Assembly: GCA_965243135.1 (NCBI GenBank)
Contig: OZ251539.1
Location: forward strand, 288,001-352,000
Origin: Alphaproteobacteria bacterium
GTDB lineage: Bacteria > Pseudomonadota > Alphaproteobacteria > MPNO01 > UBA830
Direction: 5' to 3'
DNA: 64,000 nt
The notes below the pieces were generated by a model. The model was given only the letters and a program-made list of their open reading frames with translations. It ran no database searches and was not told the origin of the DNA. The position numbers and the translations under genes were made by a program. Every line of letters starts with the position of its first letter. Positions within the stretch are counted from its first letter, which is position 1. This document shows positions 57,203-64,000 of the stretch, piece by piece.

Positions 57203-57273
57203 GGGGGCGTCTTGGCAGCCCGAACCTTCCGAACATGCGTTCGGCGGATTCGGGAAGAGTCGGCAGCCCCGAT
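57203..57273 (+). repeat. ~72-bp palindromic direct repeat, right copy
   Basis: Matches 28951-29026. Confidence 0.88.
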
Positions 57274-57312
57274 TCGGCGGAGAGGCGCCCGGCGCGCGCC
57301 GGGCGCCTTCCG

Positions 57313-57615
57313 TCAACCGGTAAGGTGCGCGTCCCTTTTGCGATAGAGCGCTTCGTCCGCGTAACCCATGAAGTCGGGTTTCCGGCCGGTTCCGAGCATC
57401 ACCTGCATGTAGACGGGCGCCACGCTGTCGTTGCGGTAGCCGTGGATGACGCCGGCCGGACAGGAAACGCAGTCCCACGGACCGAGACGACGTTCGACGC
57501 GCCGTCCGTCCTCGTCGTCGAAGAACACCGTCAGATGGCCTTCCAGGATGAAGAAGACCTCCTCGGCCTCGTGGGTGTGCGGCGCGTTTCCTTCGCCCGG
57601 CGGCACGTACATTAC
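57313..57615 (-). pseudogene. Cupin-domain gene, apparently 5'-truncated at the element junction
   Basis: 'HTHEAEEVFFILEG', 'PAGVIHGY'; cupin-like sequence begins abruptly at 'MYVPPG'. Confidence 0.7.
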
Positions 57616-57620
57616 AATGT
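57609..57620. other. Candidate att core (ACATT-AC-AATGT)
   Basis: Perfect 5-bp inverted repeat around a central dinucleotide, at the cupin break. Confidence 0.5.
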
Positions 57621-57737
57621 GATGCGAGCAGTCGTGCAAGCCGGCAACTGTCCCCCCAGCCAGCGTTCACGCCATGATCAATAGGAGGGGGCAGAGAAGG
57701 GACCGTAGCCCGGAAAAGGCCGTTCGTCAACAGACAC

Positions 57738-57858
57738 GAAGAAAAAGGGGCCGGTGATCCCCGACCCCTGATTCGTCTTCGCGAAAACCCGCGCCCCACT
57801 GCTGGGACTGCGAACCTCGCAAAACATCGAGTTTCCTCGACAGCATCGCCAAAAGCTG
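57738..57858 (-). ncRNA. Candidate counter-transcribed RNA (ctRNA) upstream of repC
   Basis: Minus-strand promoter upstream; terminator ggggtcgg..ccggcccc-TTTTT. Confidence 0.65.
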
Positions 57859-57864
57859 TCGGAG

Positions 57865-57893
57865 AGATTACAGGGATGGTTTGCGCCCGTCAA
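57865..57893 (-). promoter_or_regulatory. sigma70-type promoter for the ctRNA
   Basis: TTGACG-N17-TAATCT on the minus strand. Confidence 0.7.
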
Positions 57894-57965
57894 CCGGAAT
57901 TTTCGGCGGGCCGGAATTTTTTCGCGAAGGGCCGCAAGCCTTTCACCGGGTCGGCTATTGCGACC

Positions 57966-59333
57966 ATGGATCTCCAGATTTCGGGCAGCGGCGCCTGCCC
58001 GGCGGGCGGAAGGCCCCGCCGCGAAATTCACTATCGGGCCGAATCGGCAGCTGCCGCGTTCACCGGCCTGCCGGAAGGCGACGACCGATTCGCCGTCGTC
58101 CGGGCGCTCAGGGAAGTCGGGCGCGAAGCCGGCTGGACCGGCCGGCTGATCGAGCATCTCGAGCTGCTGATCGGCTTCACGCGGCCGCAGGACTGGTTCT
58201 GCGGACACCGTCCGATCGTCTATCTCCAGGTCCAGTCGGCGGCGGAACGGCTGGGCCTCTCCGCCTCACAGATACAGCGCAACGAAAGGCGGCTGATGCA
58301 GTTGGGCGCGGTCTCGTTCCGCGACTCCGGCAACTTCCGGCGCTACGGCAAGCGCGACGGCGACGGCCGGCTCGTGGAAGCGTGGGGGATCGACCTGTCG
58401 CCCTGCGCCGCCCTTCTTCCGCGACTCAAGCAGCTGGCGAAGGAGGTCGCCGCCGAACGGGAGGAATTCCTGCGGCTCAAGCGCCGGATTTCCGCCGCGC
58501 GGCGGCGCATCGGGGCGGCCGTCGATTGCGCCGTCGCCGATTCGAAGCTGACGGAGGAGGCGGCGGCCGCGGTTCGCGTCGAACTGGACCGGCTGACGCC
58601 GCGAATCCGGGCGCGGACGCCGCTCGAGGCGTTGCGGCAGCAAGAGGACGGTCTGGACCGTCTCGACGCGCAACTGGCGGTTGCGATCGGAGCGGAAGAG
58701 CCGGCCGCGCCGGCACCCGGCGCGCCGCCGCCGCCGGTCGAACGGCCCGAGGATTTGCTCTCGGGAACCGCGGAAATGCGGGCCGCGGCCGCCGCAAATG
58801 CGGCCCAGGGACCGCATCGATGCGGCACGCAAGAATATTACAATACAAACCAAGAATGTACGAATAAAAATATTACCGTAGCCGGGGGCCGCCCGGAAAG
58901 AGGAGCGAACCGCGCCGCCGCCGCGCCCGGAGAGCGCGCGGCTGCGGGAGCTTCCGGCGGCGCGCGGACCGTCTCTTTTACGCTGCTTCTCGACCTGCTC
59001 TCCGAAGAATTCTTCGGGTATCTGCCGCCCGGCCGTCGGGTGGGCTGGAGCGAGCTGATCTCCGCCGCGGGCCTCGTCGCCACCGATCTCGGGATTTCGC
59101 TCCACGCATGGCGCGAAGCCTGTTACCGCCTGGGGAGGCAGACCGCCGCGACCGCCGTCGTCGTCATCGCCGCCAAGAAGGCGCGGGGCCTGATCGGTTC
59201 GCCGGGGGGCTACCTGCGCGGGATCACGCGGCGCGGCCTCGAGGGCGAACTCTATCTCGAACGGAGCGTTTTCGGCCTGGCCAAGGGAGAGGACGGCTAT
59301 CTCGTCCAGGGGCCCGAGGCCCGGTCGGCGTAG
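57966..59333 (+). CDS. repC: RepC-type replication initiator
   Basis: 'TRPQDW...PIVY', 'RDSGNFRRY', 'WGIDLSP', C-terminal 'LGIS..AW..A', 'SPGGYLRG'; internal AT-rich patch at 58830-58880. Confidence 0.87.
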   Translation: MDLQISGSGACPAGGRPRREIHYRAESAAAAFTGLPEGDDRFAVVRALREVGREAGWTGRLIEHLELLIGFTRPQDWFCGHRPIVYLQVQSAAERLGLSASQIQRNERRLMQLGAVSFRDSGNFRRYGKRDGDGRLVEAWGIDLSPCAALLPRLKQLAKEVAAEREEFLRLKRRISAARRRIGAAVDCAVADSKLTEEAAAAVRVELDRLTPRIRARTPLEALRQQEDGLDRLDAQLAVAIGAEEPAAPAPGAPPPPVERPEDLLSGTAEMRAAAAANAAQGPHRCGTQEYYNTNQECTNKNITVAGGRPERGANRAAAAPGERAAAGASGGARTVSFTLLLDLLSEEFFGYLPPGRRVGWSELISAAGLVATDLGISLHAWREACYRLGRQTAATAVVVIAAKKARGLIGSPGGYLRGITRRGLEGELYLERSVFGLAKGEDGYLVQGPEARSA

Positions 59334-59805
59334 GGAGAACGGAGGAGGAGAACATGACGGTTCATCGAAAGGGCACGGGACCCCCGGTCTCGTTCTTGTC
59401 GTCGAACGCCCCGCGCGGCGGACGGCTCCGCCCGGTCGGAAGCTCCCGGCGCGGTCCGACGACCGGGAAGCGGCGCCCGTCGCGCCGGACGCGAGACGAA
59501 GGCGCTCGCCGGGAGCGCCGCCCTCCGGACGGCGGCCTTGAACGACGCGCGGCGCCGTGCCGCGGCGAGCGGCGCCGGACTGCCGAAAGCGTCCGCGCCG
59601 CCGGTCCGGAGATCTTTGACGAGGCGAAACCGCGCTCGGCAGGCGGATTCTTTTGGAACCGTCTGGCGCGGTTTCGGCGGGCGCGGCGCGCGGCGGAAGA
59701 ACCCGAACGCAGGGCGTTACGCGCCGGGCCGTCTGTCGCCATGAACATGGCGACGTGTATGCAGGGAACGCGCGCAAACGAGCGCGCAGAAGAAGGGAGA
59801 AAGTC

Positions 59806-61332
59806 ATGAAGGTTTCAAAACGCGTCGCGATCTACGCGCGTTTCAGTTCGTCGCTCCAGAATCCGAAGTCGATCGAAGACCAGATCGCCCTGTGCGAGCG
59901 GCGAATCCGGGAAACGGGCGGCACGGTCGTGGCCACGTTCAAGGACGCCGGGATGTCCGGCGCCAGCATGCGTCTGCGGAAGGGGCTGATCGACCTGCTG
60001 ACCGCGGTGGAAGAGGGGACGATCGACGTGGTTTGGGCGGAGGCCCTCGATCGCCTGAGCCGCGATCAGGCGGACATGGTCCAGATCTACCGGCTCCTGC
60101 AATTTCACGACGTGGGACTGTGTACGCACGAGGAGGGCGAGGTTTCGGATCTCCATGTCAGCCTCAAGGGCGTGATCAACGAGACCTTCCGGACGTCGCT
60201 CTCGCAAAAGGTGCGGCGCGGCAAGCTGGGCGCCGCGACGCGCGGCCGGGTGCCGGGCCGCAACTGCTACGGCTACCGGGTTTTGCCCCGCCTTCCGGGC
60301 GAACCCGGCGGGAAACAGGAAATCGTGCCCGAACAAGCGGAGACCGTCCGTCGCATATTCCGCTTGTACGTCGGCGGAACGGCGCCAAACGAGATCGCCC
60401 GGATCCTCAACGAGGAGGGCATTCCGGGTCCGATGGGCAGGGAATGGAGCGAAAGGGGCATCTCGGGTTGGAGGAAGCGCGGGAGCGGCATCCTGCGCAA
60501 CAAGCTGTACGCCGGAATTCTGGTGTACGGCCGGACCCGCCGGTTTTCGGACCCCAGGGCGGGGCAAACCCGACCGCGTTTCGTGCCGGAATCCGAGTGG
60601 TCGGTTCGGGAAGTGCCGCATATGCGGATCGTGGACGACGAGCTCTGGCAGCAGGCGCAATTGCGGGGCTGCGCAGGTTCCGACCGGTCCCGGAGCGGCG
60701 GAAAACGCGTTCCGCATCCTCTGACGGGAGTGCTCTCCTGCGCGGTTTGCGGGGGCATCCTCAGAGTTCGGAACGGCAGAGGCTACACCTGCAAGAGGCA
60801 GGACGACAGGCGGGGTTGCGACAACAGGATGCGCATCGACGTCAGGCGGACGGAAGACCGGGCGCTTCGCGAACTGATCCGGTGGGTGGAATCGTGGCGC
60901 GAGGGTTCCGCGCTGCTCGCCTCCGGAATTCGGGAATACGAGCGAAGAAGGGACCGCCTCGAGACGAAGATCGTAGACGGGAAGGAGAAGATAGCGCTGC
61001 TGGTCGAGAGCATCGAGCGGGGAGGAAAGGAGCCGCGGGCGGTCGCGCGGCGCATCGGCGATCTGGAGCGGTCGGTCGCCGCCCTGACGATCGAATTGAA
61101 GTCCATGCGCCGTCCGGAAGAACGCTCGGCGGCGGACCTGCTTGGGACGCTGAAGTCCGCGCTCGAGGGGCTCGTCGCCGCCGCCGCTGACGACGACACC
61201 CGGCGGGACGCGTTGCTGAAGTTCCGGGACCTGGTCGAGCGAATCGACCTCTCGCCGACGTCCGAAAAGGGAGAGTTCGAGATGACGGTGCGCCCGCGCG
61301 TCGACGCGCTTGTCGCGCTGGTTCTCGAATGA
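59806..61332 (+). CDS. Large serine recombinase (resolvase + recombinase + Zn ribbon + coiled coil)
   Basis: 'YARFSS', 'DRLSR', 'YGY', 'ILRNKLYAG', 'CAVCG...YTC...C'. Confidence 0.93.
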   Translation: MKVSKRVAIYARFSSSLQNPKSIEDQIALCERRIRETGGTVVATFKDAGMSGASMRLRKGLIDLLTAVEEGTIDVVWAEALDRLSRDQADMVQIYRLLQFHDVGLCTHEEGEVSDLHVSLKGVINETFRTSLSQKVRRGKLGAATRGRVPGRNCYGYRVLPRLPGEPGGKQEIVPEQAETVRRIFRLYVGGTAPNEIARILNEEGIPGPMGREWSERGISGWRKRGSGILRNKLYAGILVYGRTRRFSDPRAGQTRPRFVPESEWSVREVPHMRIVDDELWQQAQLRGCAGSDRSRSGGKRVPHPLTGVLSCAVCGGILRVRNGRGYTCKRQDDRRGCDNRMRIDVRRTEDRALRELIRWVESWREGSALLASGIREYERRRDRLETKIVDGKEKIALLVESIERGGKEPRAVARRIGDLERSVAALTIELKSMRRPEERSAADLLGTLKSALEGLVAAAADDDTRRDALLKFRDLVERIDLSPTSEKGEFEMTVRPRVDALVALVLE

Positions 61333-61379
61333 CCGCAGGCCGCCGGAAGCCGAAAGGCTTCCGGCGGCGGCTGCCCGCT

Positions 61380-62018
61380 TCAGTCGGCCCGCGCCAATTC
61401 GTCGAGCAGCGCGTCGCTCGCGAGGCGCAGGAGTTCCAGCGCGAGTTCCGGCGGCGGCGGCCGTTCGATCCACTGGATTTCGCAAAGGAGGTAGCCGGGG
61501 CCGGCCAGCCAGGCGATGCCCTTCGAATCGTCGACCTCGTCGTCGTCGACCGCGGCGCCGTCCGGGTCGCAACCGACGATCCGGCAAACGAATTGCGGGC
61601 TGCCCATATGGACGAGGTATTCCCGCCGGTCGTCCTCCCCGTGCGCGAACAGCCACTCGTCGGGCGGTCTCCGCGTTTCCGGCTCGCCGGTTCCGTCCGC
61701 GATGCGGCAGACCAGCGCCGGCGTCGCCAGGTGAACGACATAGTTCGGCCACTTGCCGGAGGCGTCCTTCGGGCCGCGGGCGTACAGCCAGTCGTCGCGC
61801 CGGAATTCCGGCACGGGCGCGGTGCGGAGGCGGTAGAACTCTTCGAAGCGGGCCCGGTATTCGGGCGGGATCGGGCAGACGCCGCCCGCCCAGCCGCGGG
61901 CGTCGGCGAGAGGAATGGAGAAGGATTCGGCGACCGCCCCGACGGCATCGAGCGACGGGCCGCAAGCGACGACCGCGAACGCGCGGAATCGGGCAGATGT
62001 CCAGTGTCTGTCGTTCAC
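61380..62018 (-). CDS. Hypothetical protein with an internally duplicated domain
   Basis: 'WLYARG..YVVHLATPALVCRI' and 'WLFAHG..YLVHMGSPQFVCRI'. Confidence 0.6.
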   Translation of the reverse strand: MNDRHWTSARFRAFAVVACGPSLDAVGAVAESFSIPLADARGWAGGVCPIPPEYRARFEEFYRLRTAPVPEFRRDDWLYARGPKDASGKWPNYVVHLATPALVCRIADGTGEPETRRPPDEWLFAHGEDDRREYLVHMGSPQFVCRIVGCDPDGAAVDDDEVDDSKGIAWLAGPGYLLCEIQWIERPPPPELALELLRLASDALLDELARAD

Positions 62019-62239
62019 GGCGGGTCTGCGCTCCCATGCCGGGAGGGGCTGCTCGACTTCCGGCGGGATCCCCTCGGGCCGACCGACGGCTCCGCGCCCG
62101 TAAGCGCACGGCGCCGAATGATGGTGGGTTGCGGCGGAATGGTCAAACGGGTTTTTTTCGGACGGGGCGACTCACCGGCCGACCCGTCGATAGGGTGATT
62201 TCGCGTGTCCAAACGTTCTCGTGCACGGGCAAAGGAGCA

Positions 62240-63202
62240 TGACGGATGGACAGGGCATTCGTAGTCAGGACTGAGCATGAGGGTTTTCCTGTCGAGGGCG
62301 TACCAGCTCGCGGCGGGGCATGCGCGCATCGGGTGGTCCAGTCTGGACAGCCAGGATCTGCGCGTCGCGGAATCTGGAGCAGGGACATGGCCTCGACGAA
62401 GACCAGCAATCCGCGAGGAAGTGTCTCCGTTTCCTCACCGAAGTGGGCAAAGGCGATCTTCTCCTTTATCCGCATCAGCCGGCGAGAAACCAGTTCACGG
62501 TCGCGCGAGTGACCGGCGACTACGGTTACGACAGCGGATTGGGGGAAGACTTTCGGTCGTTTCGGCCGTGCGCGCTCGTCACTCAGAAACCAGTGTCGCT
62601 GCGCGACGAAATCGTCCCTTCCTCGCTGCGTCACCGCATGGGGCGCCCAGGCCGTTTTTCCGAGGTGAGCGGTCCGTTGCGGGACTGCCTCGATCGCCTG
62701 TCGAAATCTGGACGTGATCAAGACGGTACGAACAGTGCAGCCCTTAACCGCATCCACGGGAAATTGAGAGAATCGCTTCCCGGTTTCATTCATCAAGAGT
62801 TCAGCAGAACCGACCTTTCGCGCAAGTTTTGCGCGGAACTGTCGCATGGGGTACTTCTGCGAACTTCAGGAAGGGCCTGCCGAGGCGGGTTCGGACATCG
62901 TCCTCACCGTCGGTGACCGTTTTCTGCCTGATGACGTCAACTCCAGGGTTGGGGTGCAGATTTTTTCCTACAGGGGCCCGGTCGACGAACACGCGCTTAA
63001 AGAGAAGTTGGAACAACTTCTGCAAGGCTGGGAACGGAACGATCTCGATTTCGGAGCGCTTCTGACGACGGGCCGTTGCGACGAGGAGGCGGTGGCCATG
63101 CTTCGTCGTCACAATGAGGACGATCGCCAACGACAGGTCAGATTGATCGATGGCGACGAGCTTGCCGTTCTGCAGCATTTCCCGCCAGGGGGCGGGGCTT
63201 GA
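62240..63202 (+). pseudogene. Mrr-like restriction endonuclease, frameshifted
   Basis: N-terminal 'ARIGWS', 'VGKGDLLLYP..VARVTGDY'; C-terminal 'GSDI..VGVQ..LLTTG..LIDGDEL'. Confidence 0.65.
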
Positions 63203-63799
63203 CGGACGGCGCAACCGCGATCTCCGGGTTCGCCGACGCGCGAAGGACGGCGGCGCCAGCCGACGGGTCGGCTCGCGCCACGACAGGTTTTTCGCATGGT
63301 TCCGGAAAGGCGGATCGCCGGTTCGGAACGCGGCACCGTTCGCCGGGCGGCACCTGCCGGACATATCCAGCGCGTCGGCGCATCGCGGCGTCCTCTTCGC
63401 CAGCTTCCATGCCGTTCGTCTCGACAATGGCCGACGTCGACAATGCCGGAGGGCCGGCCGTTCGCGCATCCCGTCGCGCACTCGTGACGGCGGACGGTTT
63501 CAGGCGGTTCGCGGCGGCAATTCCTCTCGCTGCCGCGGGTTGTTGCCCAGGCAAGCGGTCGAAAGGTAAAACGGCGAAGCGCTTTGTCTGGCCGGGCGAC
63601 GCCCGCCATTGCCGGAGGCTCCCCGGGCGTCCCCCGGTCGGCCGCCGGAGACGGGGCAGGCGGCGTTCGCGCGTTGTGGAAGCATCTGGTTATGGAGACA
63701 GTACGGACCGGGCGCAGCCCAAGCGCCCTCGGGGAACAACTGGCGCCGGTGCTGCTGCGAATGCGGCGGGCGCGGGTCGAACCCGTGTGCCAGGTGACG

Positions 63800-64000
63800 A
63801 TGTCGGTTCCAACCGACGATGTCGATGCAACGTTCGGCGCGGCGCGGACCGAGGCGCTGCGGTGGATGCAGGAACGAGCGGGCCGCCGGTTGCCGGCCGA
63901 GGCGTGGGACGGCGGCAGTTTCGATCTGGCGGATATCGGGGCGCCGCGGACGGAGGCGACGTTCCTCGAAGAAATCGGCTACTGGGCGGGGCGGGTGGAC
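63800..64000 (+). CDS. Hypothetical protein, runs off the window end
   Basis: Open frame 'MSVPTDDVDATF...ALRWMQERAGRRLPAEAWDGGSF'. Confidence 0.45.
   Translation, partial: MSVPTDDVDATFGAARTEALRWMQERAGRRLPAEAWDGGSFDLADIGAPRTEATFLEEIGYWAGRVD

Overview
GC-rich alphaproteobacterial-type DNA. The IS load, pseudogene decay, ankyrin/MORN protein and AAA-PD-(D/E)XK gene suggest a host-associated (e.g. sponge-symbiont-like) genome, but that is inference. 1-12 kb: intact core region with an HpcH/HpaI aldolase, a sigma54-driven urtABCDE-ureDABCEFG operon and a GST. 12-29 kb: metabolic genes (hydrolase, LLM monooxygenase, xsc, ALDH) mixed with duplicated or decayed vapBC, a 232-bp MITE whose empty site lies in the same window, and a 2OG-oxygenase/2TM cassette. 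29-57 kb: a ~28-kb defence/IS island bracketed by ~72-bp direct repeats. It holds a DGQHR protein with a broken RelA/SpoT gene, a deleted dnd phosphorothioation operon beside an intact SBD-HNH nuclease, an HTH-HTH-GIY-YIG gene, nested IS630/IS30/IS110 (with a readable bridge-RNA candidate) and a Type IIG-like R-M gene. From 57.6 kb: an apparent integrative element (att-like palindrome inside a cupin gene, antisense ctRNA, solo RepC, large serine recombinase, Mrr-like cargo) that runs off the window. All family calls come from motif recognition by eye; no searches were run.
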